A stretch of 64,000 nucleotides of DNA from a bacterium (lineage in GTDB: Bacteria > Fidelibacterota > Fidelibacteria > Fidelibacterales > Fidelibacteraceae), in the NCBI GenBank assembly GCA_963676395.1, contig OY781066.1, forward strand, positions 1,760,001 to 1,824,000, given 5' to 3'. Positions 28,869 through 37,628 of this stretch are shown here, piece after piece (position 1 is the stretch's first letter; each line of letters starts with the position of its first letter). The notes beneath the pieces were generated by a model. The model had not been told where the DNA came from. It was given only the letters and a program-made list of their open reading frames with translations, and made no database searches. The position numbers and the translations under genes were made by a program.

Positions 28869-29567
28869 ATGAAAAAAATTCTTATAATTCTACTTTTGGT
28901 TTGTGCTTTTCCCTTGATGGCGGGAGAATTGTTTAATGCAAGGATTTATTCTGAACAGGATTCTGAAAAGTTGGCATATACTCATAACAATACGGTAACA
29001 ATTGAAGGCGATAGTACGATAATTAACCATTATTACTATACGTCAGATGGTCAATTGTATGTGTTGGATAAGGTGGTATTGTTTAACGGTGAACCGATCT
29101 TTAATTCCTTAAAATTCTATCAGATAAATGAGTATTCCAGTCTTGAACGTAAAGGTGATAAAGTTATATTAAATTACCAAAGAGGCAAAAAGAAAAAACA
29201 AGCTACAAGAAAATATCGCAACCCTCTTGTTTTTGCTCCCATACAACAAGATGCTATCAAAAAAAATATGCATAAGTTATTGAAGGGAGAAGCGGTCACT
29301 TTTTATATTTTTGCCGCTGAAGTTTTGCGTTTGGTCGAAATGCGTGTAACTTTAATTGAGAGCTCCAGCTATGATCGGGAAGATTGTTATGTTCTACAAA
29401 TGAAACCGGATAATTTTTTAATTGATTGGTTGGTAGATGAAGTTTATTATGTGGTGAATAAAAGCACATATTTAATCGAAGAAATGCATGGTTTTTCAAC
29501 CTTACGGCAAGAAATTGACGGAAATTGGGAATACCGTGATATGGATTTTTACTATTCTTATGAATAA
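28869..29567 (+). CDS. Hypothetical secreted protein
   Basis: 232-aa ORF with signal peptide (PLMA-G), 4 bp after the upstream gene. Confidence 0.7.
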   Translation: MKKILIILLLVCAFPLMAGELFNARIYSEQDSEKLAYTHNNTVTIEGDSTIINHYYYTSDGQLYVLDKVVLFNGEPIFNSLKFYQINEYSSLERKGDKVILNYQRGKKKKQATRKYRNPLVFAPIQQDAIKKNMHKLLKGEAVTFYIFAAEVLRLVEMRVTLIESSSYDREDCYVLQMKPDNFLIDWLVDEVYYVVNKSTYLIEEMHGFSTLRQEIDGNWEYRDMDFYYSYE

Positions 29568-29613
29568 GTCTATTCAAAGAATAAATACATAACGACATAA
29601 AATAAAATATTTC

Positions 29614-30648
29614 GGCTTAATGGTAAAAATGGGGGGCTATTTGGCCAAAAAATGGTCTGTTAATTTAGTTTTCATTTCATCCTTAATTCCAGCATGATTT
29701 CTTAGCTTTGTTTTTAATTCAGTAAAGTTACCTTCCAGTAGATTTGTTGTGTTTGGGATATGTAAATCAGGGTAATCTTGGAAAGTAAAAAGATAAGGTG
29801 TGTTTGTCTTTAGGCTTCGATAAGCACTTCTCAATCTTTTGTGAGTATAATGCCACTTACCCGTAATTGGATTAACCGTTTTTTCTTTCAAATAATTTTG
29901 CCATTTTTTATGCCAATGATCTAATATGAAGATCCAAGATGTTTTATCAATGTTTTTGAGTTGGTATGATATTTCTTTGAGCTCATGGCCGGCCGGTGTG
30001 CGTGGATTCAGTGTTAAATAACGCCTTATGATAGCCTGTTGGTGGAAGTGACACATTTGGATAGGGATTTCTGCAAACGCCTTAAATAAGCCTCTTCTGC
30101 CGTCACAGACGATAGCTTTTATTATCCATCCTCTCATCTTTAGCAAACCAATACCTTGTTTGTAAAGATCAATTGTTTCTGTCTTGATGTACCGCCAATC
30201 AAGATTCTTTTTACTATACGCATCTTTAAATACCATGACACCAAAGCCTCGTCTGAAGTAGCTACTATCCATAATGATCACTGTATCTGAAGGTTTGTAA
30301 TCGGGGATAGTGACTTGATGATCTGCTAATTTTGATCGGATTGTTTTAATGCTTAAATGATACTTTTCTGATAACTGTCGTAAGCTTTGCTTGCCTTCAA
30401 AATAATCAACGAAAAGACTGTGAGATATTTTTTTTCTTGGTCTTGATTTGCTGGAGAATCTGTGGTGACAATCGTTGCATTTATAGCTCTGTTTTCCCCT
30501 CTTCTTTCCGTTCTTTTTGGTGCTATTTCCACCACATTTTGGACATCTTTTTAGCCATCTTTTTATTTAAAAAATAAGAAATCTTATTTAATAAACTATA
30601 AATCAATTAATTATAGCGTTTTTAGCCCCCCATTTTTACCATTAAGCC
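29614..30648 (-). mobile_element. Complete insertion sequence (1035 bp), IS256-like Zn-binding variant
   Basis: Perfect 26-bp terminal IRs GGCTTAATGGTAAAAATGGGGGGCTA (29614-29639 / 30623-30648); 8-bp TSD AATATTTC (29606-29613, 30649-30656). Confidence 0.95.
29637..30566 (-). CDS. DDE transposase with N-terminal Zn ribbon (no canonical in-frame start for the N-terminus)
   Basis: Open frame 30566-29637: KRCPKCGG..KKNG..QSYKCNDC..MDSSYF..VCDGRRGL..QMCHFHQ..IPNTTNLLEG; stop codon lies inside the IR. Confidence 0.88.
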   Translation of the reverse strand: MKRWLKRCPKCGGNSTKKNGKKRGKQSYKCNDCHHRFSSKSRPRKKISHSLFVDYFEGKQSLRQLSEKYHLSIKTIRSKLADHQVTIPDYKPSDTVIIMDSSYFRRGFGVMVFKDAYSKKNLDWRYIKTETIDLYKQGIGLLKMRGWIIKAIVCDGRRGLFKAFAEIPIQMCHFHQQAIIRRYLTLNPRTPAGHELKEISYQLKNIDKTSWIFILDHWHKKWQNYLKEKTVNPITGKWHYTHKRLRSAYRSLKTNTPYLFTFQDYPDLHIPNTTNLLEGNFTELKTKLRNHAGIKDEMKTKLTDHFLAK

Positions 30649-30665
30649 AATATTTCAAAGAAATT

Positions 30666-30695
30666 AAAAAAGCCCTCGTTGAATTACGGGGCTTT
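30666..30695. terminator. Bidirectional terminator
   Basis: AAAAAAGCCCTCGT...ACGGGGCTTT between convergent genes. Confidence 0.65.
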
Positions 30696-30735
30696 ATATA
30701 TTTTAGATTGAATATTAACTTTCAATTCTTAATTA

Positions 30736-31242
30736 TTATGGTTGCATATCATCGATTCTCATTAAAACCATACCGTTAATATTTTCAGTAGTGATCTTAA
30801 GTTTAATATCAACAAAAGATTCACCGTCCTTCTTGACTAATTTTACTGGTACATGAGAAAATGAATTTTTTCCATTATAGGTTTTTGTTATTAGGTCCAA
30901 CATTTGACACCCGTTACATTCTTTGGTATGGCCACAACCTCCGGGAAGATAAGAATGTTTGCAAGTAAAGATATCACCTGTACGATTATTAATTAAGTTT
31001 TTATGTTTCTTACCCAATTTATCCAGCGCAAGATTATTGGCGGCAATGTAGGTATTATTTTCATCAATTAAAATGACAGGGGCTGAAATTGTGTTTAAAA
31101 ATGGGATAAAGTCAATTTGTTTTTTTTGATAAAGATTTAACATGCATTCTTCACATATACCATGTGTAATCGCGTCCTCAGGCTGGAAATCTGAGTGCTT
31201 TTGCCCCATGTGCTTATTGCACCATGCACACACTAACTTCAT
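30736..31242 (-). CDS. Small Cys-rich PAS-like domain protein
   Basis: CAWC..THGICEEC; PVILIDEN..AAN; GDIFTCKHS..GGCGHTKECNGC. Confidence 0.75.
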   Translation of the reverse strand: MKLVCAWCNKHMGQKHSDFQPEDAITHGICEECMLNLYQKKQIDFIPFLNTISAPVILIDENNTYIAANNLALDKLGKKHKNLINNRTGDIFTCKHSYLPGGCGHTKECNGCQMLDLITKTYNGKNSFSHVPVKLVKKDGESFVDIKLKITTENINGMVLMRIDDMQP

Positions 31243-31396
31243 ATGCTGTCTCCATTACTTAATGGAATTTAAAAAATATTTAGTAGAAACCAAAAATAAA
31301 TTGATGCGAGAACAAGTAAAACCAGATACGACCTTTGTATTTCGGTAAATAATTTGAAAAATCAGGATTCGTTTATCGGGATATATCTCTTGTATT

Positions 31397-33187
31397 TTAA
31401 CCTTTTTTATTCAAATTAAATTTTCTCAATCTAATCGATTGAGGCGTTACTTCAACCACTTCGTCTTCAGAAATAAATTCGATTGCTTGATCGAGTGTTA
31501 AGATCCTGGGAGCATGAAGTGTAACGGTTGAATCAGCTGAAGCGGCTCGCATGTTTGTCAGTTTTTTTTCACGAACGATATTTACTTTGAGGTCTTGAGG
31601 GAGATTGCGTTCTCCAACGATCATGCCGGTATATACCTCGGTACCAACAGAAACAATCAATGCACCGCGATCTTCCATCGCCAAGCTTGCGTAAGCGGTA
31701 ACTTTACCCGGGCGATCAGCTACGATAGCACCCGAAATTCTTTGTGGAATTTCACCAAACCAGGGAGCAAAGCCGTGAAATAAACTGTTAATTATCCCAC
31801 GTCCTTTAGTATCGGTTAAGAACTGTGATCTAAAACCAATCAAACCGCGAGAGGGAACAAGAAATTCTATATGAGTATAGCCCATGCCATTGTTGACCAT
31901 ACTTTGCATGCGTCCCTTACGCTTTGAAAGTTTTTCTGTAACAACACCGATAAATTCTTCAGGGACTTCGATATGCACTTGTTCAACAGGTTCTTGGGTG
32001 ACGCCATCAATCTCTTTAGTAATTACATTAGGCTTAGATACCATCAATTCATAGCCTTCACGACGCATGGTTTCGATCAATACTGCCATTTGAAGTTCAC
32101 CGCGACCACAGACTTCAAAAGCATCGGCTCTTGGGGTGGGTTTTACTTGAATAGAGACATTTGATAAAACTTCACGCTCTAATCTTTCTTTAATATTTCT
32201 TGAAGTTAAAAATTTGCCTTCTTTTCCGGCGAAGGGTCCATTGTTAACATAAAAAACCATAGAAATGGTCGGGTCATCAACTTTGATCCTGGGCAAAACG
32301 ACAGGTGTTTCATTATCTGATATTGTATCACCAATATTGATCCTATCAATTCCCGCAAGTGCAATGATATCACCTGCATGTAGTTTTTCAACCGGCACAC
32401 GTTTTAATCCCTGGAAGGTATAGAGAGCAGAGAATTTCACATTATGGTGAATCTCATCTTCTGTGCAGTGAGCATAAGGTTTTTGGAATTCAATAACACC
32501 ACTTAGCAGGCGACCGATAGCGATTTGACCAACATAATTGTCATAAGCCAGATTTGTTACAAGAAAAGATACTTTTCCGTCATCGTTGGCTTCGGGGCCG
32601 GGGATTTCTTTTATTAATGTTTCAAAAAGAGGAGTAAGATCATCTGAGCCATCATCAAGTTTTGTATGGGCGATGCCGACTTTGGCATTTGTATATAAGA
32701 TGGGGAATTCCAATTGCTCGTCATTGGCCCCAAGGTCAATGAAAAGATCATATACTTCATCGATTACTTCATCAATACGGCGATCTTTACGATCGATCTT
32801 ATTAATAACAAGAATGACCGGAAGTGTGCGAGCTAAAGCCTTCTTGAGAACAAAACGCGTTTGAGGTAAAGGACCTTCGGAAGCATCAACCAATAATAAT
32901 ACACCATCGATCATATTTAATGAACGCTCAACCTCACCACCAAAATCGGCATGGCCCGGTGTATCTACAATGTTGATTTTGATGTCACCATATTTAATTG
33001 CCGTATTTTTAGCCGAAATGGTGATGCCTCGCTCGCGTTCCAGATCCATGGAATCCATGACTCGAGTTTCAACTTCCTGGTTTTGCCTAAAAGTACCACT
33101 CTGTTTAAGCATACCATCAATGAGCGTTGTTTTACCATGATCAACATGTGCGATAATGGCGATATTTCTTATGGAATCTTTTCTCAC
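31397..33187 (-). CDS. typA: Translational GTPase TypA/BipA
   Basis: GTG start after AAGGA; IRNIAIIAHVDHGKTTL, ERERGITI, DTPGHADFGGEVER, GRGELQ, PSRGLIG, VEVTPQSIRLRK. Confidence 0.97.
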   Translation of the reverse strand: MRKDSIRNIAIIAHVDHGKTTLIDGMLKQSGTFRQNQEVETRVMDSMDLERERGITISAKNTAIKYGDIKINIVDTPGHADFGGEVERSLNMIDGVLLLVDASEGPLPQTRFVLKKALARTLPVILVINKIDRKDRRIDEVIDEVYDLFIDLGANDEQLEFPILYTNAKVGIAHTKLDDGSDDLTPLFETLIKEIPGPEANDDGKVSFLVTNLAYDNYVGQIAIGRLLSGVIEFQKPYAHCTEDEIHHNVKFSALYTFQGLKRVPVEKLHAGDIIALAGIDRINIGDTISDNETPVVLPRIKVDDPTISMVFYVNNGPFAGKEGKFLTSRNIKERLEREVLSNVSIQVKPTPRADAFEVCGRGELQMAVLIETMRREGYELMVSKPNVITKEIDGVTQEPVEQVHIEVPEEFIGVVTEKLSKRKGRMQSMVNNGMGYTHIEFLVPSRGLIGFRSQFLTDTKGRGIINSLFHGFAPWFGEIPQRISGAIVADRPGKVTAYASLAMEDRGALIVSVGTEVYTGMIVGERNLPQDLKVNIVREKKLTNMRAASADSTVTLHAPRILTLDQAIEFISEDEVVEVTPQSIRLRKFNLNKKG

Positions 33188-33371
33188 TTTGTTCCTTTCG
33201 TGATTAATGCCGAATATAGTTCCTAAAGGGACAAGAGACAAGAGGCAAATGCCAATAAATGAGATAATTATGAAATAAAATACTGACCCTAAACTCAATA
33301 AATCAGGTGAAAATCCAAGTCTATTGAATATTATATTCTGCTTGCTATCTGTTGGTTTCTGGCTTTTAGAG

Positions 33372-33442
33372 AGCGGGTGAAGGGAATCGAACCCTCGTAT
33401 TTAGCTTGGGAAGCTAATGTTCTGCCATTGAACTACACCCGC
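33372..33442 (-). tRNA. tRNA-Gly(CCC)
   Basis: GCGGGTGTAGTTCAATGGCAGAACATTAGCTTCCCAAGCTAAATACGAGGGTTCGATTCCCTTCACCCGCT; CCA not encoded. Confidence 0.97.
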
Positions 33443-33514
33443 AGGAAGAGGAAAAAAAGTCCTCTGTATCAAATTAACAATTCGGTTTATTTATCACCGA
33501 TCAACGTTTATAGA

Positions 33515-34708
33515 CTAATGATACCGTTTTTTTACAAATTCCGCAACTTTAGTGTAAGCCTTTTCGAGAATTTTTTCATTAGGTAGATAAACGATACGGA
33601 TATGCTGGGTACCTGGTTTCTGACCAAAACCGCTACCGTGAACGGTGACAACACCTGTTTCACGAATAAGGTCTTTAACAAAGTCTTCATCTTTGTCGGG
33701 GATGTTCAATGTGGGGAATGCATAGAAAGCCCCTTTAGGTACGGTGCAATTGAATTCATCAAGATCATTTAACATGTTTACGGTCATATCACGCGAAGCT
33801 TTTAATTTTTTCAGCATAACCTGAATATGGTCTTGCGGGCCGTCCAGAGCGGCTTTAATGGCAAATTGTACCGGGTGTGAAGCACTTAAACGAGCACGAG
33901 CCATTTTGTTGACCGCTTCAATGTAATCTTTCATGATGTCGATAGGGCCACTGTAAATTCCCCAACCGATTCTAAATCCGGGTACAATGTAGGATTTAGA
34001 CAGACCGTTAAACGTTACGATAGGAACATCACTGCACAGGGATCCCATTGATGTATATGTATTATCATCAAAGAGGAGCTTATCGTAGATCTCATCAGAG
34101 AACAATAGTAGATCATATTTTCTTGCAAGATCAATGATCTGTTCCAGTGTTTCTTTTGGATAGATAGCACCTGTAGGATTGTTAGGATTGATCACGACGA
34201 TGGCGCGAGTTTTGTCATTGATACGGCTTTCGATGTCAGCTACGTCAAGATTCCAGTCATCTTCTTCATTTAAGTAATATGGGTTTACTTCTGCATCCAG
34301 TTTAGCAAGAATGGATGAATAAAGGGGATAACCGGGTTGAGGTAGTAGAACATTGTCACCTTTTTCCAGTAAAGCGGTCAATGACAGTTCAATTGCTTCA
34401 CTGGCACCATGTGTTACAATAATATCCTGTATATCTTTGATACCATTTCTTTCTGCCTGACGGTGAATAGAATCACGTGCTTCGGCAGTGCCGGGTGAAG
34501 GAGAATAACCATTGTAGTTATCTATCATGGCCTGATTTACAGCTTCGATCATATGTTTTGGCGGTGCAAAATCAAAAATATTCGGGTCACCGATATTTAA
34601 GAACGTCATTTCTTTGCCACTGGCTTTGACTTCGTTTGCCAAGCCGACAACTTCACGGATCGCATAGCGAATGTTCTCGACGCGTGCTGCGGGAGTGATC
34701 TTTTTCAT
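33515..34708 (-). CDS. PLP-dependent aminotransferase class I/II (AlaA-like)
   Basis: LNIGDP, INPNNPTGA, SDEIYD, NGLSKSY..PGFRIGW, PKGAFY. Confidence 0.92.
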   Translation of the reverse strand: MKKITPAARVENIRYAIREVVGLANEVKASGKEMTFLNIGDPNIFDFAPPKHMIEAVNQAMIDNYNGYSPSPGTAEARDSIHRQAERNGIKDIQDIIVTHGASEAIELSLTALLEKGDNVLLPQPGYPLYSSILAKLDAEVNPYYLNEEDDWNLDVADIESRINDKTRAIVVINPNNPTGAIYPKETLEQIIDLARKYDLLLFSDEIYDKLLFDDNTYTSMGSLCSDVPIVTFNGLSKSYIVPGFRIGWGIYSGPIDIMKDYIEAVNKMARARLSASHPVQFAIKAALDGPQDHIQVMLKKLKASRDMTVNMLNDLDEFNCTVPKGAFYAFPTLNIPDKDEDFVKDLIRETGVVTVHGSGFGQKPGTQHIRIVYLPNEKILEKAYTKVAEFVKKRYH

Positions 34709-34844
34709 TTAAAGCCTCTTAGTTTAATGAACCCTAAATTTACATATTTTTAATCATTTAAGTCAAGAATAACATCCCCTTGTTTATTGGGATTTGACTG
34801 CTCATCGAAGCTTCAGCACAGGCGGGTTTCTTGATGTAAATGAA

Positions 34845-34867
34845 AAACCCTGCCGTCGGACAGGGTT
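34845..34867 (-). terminator. Terminator after tRNA-Gly(GCC)
   Basis: Minus strand AACCCTGTCCGACGGCAGGGTTTTT. Confidence 0.65.
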
Positions 34868-34870
34868 GTG

Positions 34871-34942
34871 AGCGAGAGACGAGATTCGAACTCGCGACAG
34901 CCACGTTGGCAACGTGGGGCTCTACCACTGAGCTACTCTCGC
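34871..34942 (-). tRNA. tRNA-Gly(GCC)
   Basis: GCGAGAGTAGCTCAGTGGTAGAGCCCCACGTTGCCAACGTGGCTGTCGCGAGTTCGAATCTCGTCTCTCGCT; CCA not encoded. Confidence 0.97.
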
Positions 34943-34963
34943 ATGTCATTTAAAAAGCCAAAA

Positions 34964-34992
34964 ATTATAACGTTAAAAATTCTTATTTGCAA
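34964..34992 (-). promoter_or_regulatory. tRNA promoter
   Basis: Minus strand TTGCAA-N17-TATAAT. Confidence 0.75.
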
Positions 34993-35054
34993 GGAAAAAT
35001 GTATCAAAATTGCACAAAGTTTTTTATTATACACGGATAATTGAAAGGAAAAAG

Positions 35055-36851
35055 ATGAAAAGAGTATTAACAGTCCTGTTTACCCTGATAGCGGTAGTGC
35101 TTTTTGCCGATGAGAATGTAGTCTCGGCAAAAATAAATTATGAAAGCAATGAAATTGAAGCCGGCAAAGATCTTGTCATACTGGTTGACGTTAATATAAA
35201 AGATGGGTGGCATATTAATTCAGCCAAAGTATTGGATGAATATTCTATTCCCACACAAGTCTCCCTGGAAAGTGGAGAAGGTTTTTCCATTAAGAGCGTT
35301 AATTATCCCGAAGGTGAGATCGTAGCGATCTCCTGGGGTGGTAATATGTCGTTATACGAAGGAAAGCTAAGTATACCTCTAAAGATAAGCACCGATCCGG
35401 ATCTGGCAGTAGGCCTGCATGTGCTAAAACTAAAAATATCTTATCAAGCTTGTAATAATGCAACTTGCATGTCACCTGACAATATTATTGTTGGAACAGA
35501 TATTAGAGTTCTTGAAAATAAGGGGACGATATCGACTCAGGAGCAAGTTGAAAATAAGTCATCAGAAGATAATGTTCAGGAAGCAAGTTCTGGGCAGCAG
35601 GAAGAATCAATTGAAGAGGCAATCGTAGCTTCAAGTGAAAACGATAATGAAGGCGGTCCATTTAGAAATAAAAGTTTGATCGTAGTTTTAATGATTGTTT
35701 TTGTTATGGGACTGGCTTTGAATTTAACACCGTGCGTTTATCCTCTTATTCCTATTACAATGGGATATTTTCTGGCTCAAAAAGAATCTCGATCACCGGT
35801 ATTGTTGGCGGTAATGTATGTTTTGGGTCTAGCGATCACTTATTCTATTATCGGTACATTGGCAGCTTTTGGCGGCTCAATGATGGGGTCGCTTTTGGCA
35901 CATCCGGCTACACTGATATTTTTTGCCGCTTTGATGTTGGCCTTATCTCTTTCTATGTTCGGTTTGTATGAATTTAAATTACCCGATGCCTTGACGCAAG
36001 TGGGTGGTGGTTCGCGTTCAGGAGCTATAGGTGCTCTGATCATGGGCTTGACCATGGGAATAGTTGCCGCACCATGTGTCGGTCCTTTTGTTGTATCTCT
36101 CCTGTCATTCGTTGCTCAGAGCGGTTCAGTATTTATTGGTTTTATCACATTCTTCTTTTTGGCTTTAGGCTTAGGCTTGCCATATCTTTTCTTGGGTATA
36201 TTCTCAAATAAGATTTCCGCTTTGCCACGCTCCGGAGAGTGGCTGAACGGTGTAAGGATTTTCTTTGGTTTGGCATTGATAGGTATGAGTATCTATTTTG
36301 TAAAACCTTTACTTTCCGGCATGGTATCTGAATTGCTCCTTCCTGTTTACATGATAGCTGCGGCCGTATATTATGGAGTGATTGATTCAGCGGGTCTTTC
36401 GGTAAAATGGTTTTCACGGTTCAAAGTCATTCTTGCTATGTTGGCCTTGGCCCTTGGTATTTTAATGTTGAAACCTGTTGCAGCTCCGGAAAGGGAAATG
36501 ACGTGGGAAAACTATTCCGAAACTAAATTGGAATTAGCGCTTGAAGCGGGTGAACCGGTAATAATTGATTTTTATGCCGATTGGTGTAATCCCTGTAAAG
36601 AATTGGAGCATATTACTTTTACTGACCCCGCCGTACAGGAAATATTGGAAGATTTTGTACGTTTTAAAGTTAATCTGACGGTGGTAAATGACAGTACGAA
36701 TGCCATTAAAGGAAATTTTGAAATACCCGGTGTTCCCACAATTTTATTTTATGATGAAGATGGAATTGAAAGAAAAGACCTAAGATTAAATGGTTTTGAA
36801 AAACCGGGGAAATTTGTTCAACGACTTCAGAAACTCGAAGAGGATAAGTAG
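35055..36851 (+). CDS. dsbD: Protein-disulfide reductase DsbD
   Basis: ATG after AAGGA; YQACNNATC, LTPCVYPLIP, AAPCVGP, DFYADWCNPCK, GVPT. Confidence 0.93.
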   Translation: MKRVLTVLFTLIAVVLFADENVVSAKINYESNEIEAGKDLVILVDVNIKDGWHINSAKVLDEYSIPTQVSLESGEGFSIKSVNYPEGEIVAISWGGNMSLYEGKLSIPLKISTDPDLAVGLHVLKLKISYQACNNATCMSPDNIIVGTDIRVLENKGTISTQEQVENKSSEDNVQEASSGQQEESIEEAIVASSENDNEGGPFRNKSLIVVLMIVFVMGLALNLTPCVYPLIPITMGYFLAQKESRSPVLLAVMYVLGLAITYSIIGTLAAFGGSMMGSLLAHPATLIFFAALMLALSLSMFGLYEFKLPDALTQVGGGSRSGAIGALIMGLTMGIVAAPCVGPFVVSLLSFVAQSGSVFIGFITFFFLALGLGLPYLFLGIFSNKISALPRSGEWLNGVRIFFGLALIGMSIYFVKPLLSGMVSELLLPVYMIAAAVYYGVIDSAGLSVKWFSRFKVILAMLALALGILMLKPVAAPEREMTWENYSETKLELALEAGEPVIIDFYADWCNPCKELEHITFTDPAVQEILEDFVRFKVNLTVVNDSTNAIKGNFEIPGVPTILFYDEDGIERKDLRLNGFEKPGKFVQRLQKLEEDK

Positions 36852-36897
36852 TATTTCAAGATTGTTTAAGTGCGAAGCAATGAATATATTTTAACCT

Positions 36898-37251
36898 ATG
36901 ACAAAAATGATCCAAAATAGAGAAAAACTCCGGTGGGTTTTTCAGCGTTTGAGCGGCTTGCAGCTATTGCTCTGTTTTGGAGTTCATATCTGGGTTTTTT
37001 ATTTTAAGCTCGAAAGACCGGTTGAGCTTGAGAGCCTTCAGAAAATATTCTCACATGCCGGATGGGTCATTTTTTACGCACTTTTTATTTCGCTTATCGT
37101 TTATCATGCTTTTTCTGGATTATGGACAGTATTGACCGATAATAATCCATCAAAGTCTTATAAAAGAAACTGGAAAATAATACTTTGGACAAGTGCTGTT
37201 GTTTTAATTATTGTTACGACTTGGAATTTGATTTTGATAGGGCGTGCATGA
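36898..37251 (+). CDS. sdhD: Succinate dehydrogenase membrane anchor (SdhD-like)
   Basis: WVFQRLSG..HI..YHAFSGLWTVLTD. Confidence 0.75.
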   Translation: MTKMIQNREKLRWVFQRLSGLQLLLCFGVHIWVFYFKLERPVELESLQKIFSHAGWVIFYALFISLIVYHAFSGLWTVLTDNNPSKSYKRNWKIILWTSAVVLIIVTTWNLILIGRA

Positions 37252-37628
37252 AAAAGAATAGTACTTTTAATCATTATCGCATGAATTTTAGATTAGGGAC
37301 TTTTTCTTTTCTAAGTCATCGTATTTCTGGGATCTTTCTTGTTATTACAGGTGTGGTAATGTTGCTTGGACTTTCGGTGATCATGTTTGGTCGAGTACCC
37401 TTTGAGGGGCTGTTGATCACTTTGAAGTTGCCGGTTTTTGTTGTAATAGCTCATATAATTGCCATTGTATTCTTTTGGCATGTGCTTAATGGTATAAAAA
37501 TACTTTTAATTGATGTTTTTAAATTGGGTCCCATTCAGGAGTTGCTAACTTTACTTTGTTTAGGAGCTTTTGCCTTGGGTATTGTTTTGTACTTTGTATA
37601 TGTATTTACCGCGTCGGGAAGCGTATGA
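37248..37628 (+). CDS. sdhC: Succinate dehydrogenase cytochrome b subunit (SdhC-like)
   Basis: SHRISG..WHVLNGIKILLID; ATGA overlap. Confidence 0.8.
   Translation: MKKNSTFNHYRMNFRLGTFSFLSHRISGIFLVITGVVMLLGLSVIMFGRVPFEGLLITLKLPVFVVIAHIIAIVFFWHVLNGIKILLIDVFKLGPIQELLTLLCLGAFALGIVLYFVYVFTASGSV

Noticed and set aside
30353..30535. 60-aa ORF as a separate IS1-like InsA with a -1 frameshift
   Set aside because: The Zn-ribbon is encoded in a different frame that is already continuous with the DDE domain.
33377..34949. ORFs 33377-33586 and 34758-34949, and the idea of an island between two tRNA-Gly genes
   Set aside because: The ORFs are translations of tRNA sequence. The two tRNAs are complete, different isoacceptors with no att duplication or integrase, and the gene between them is housekeeping.
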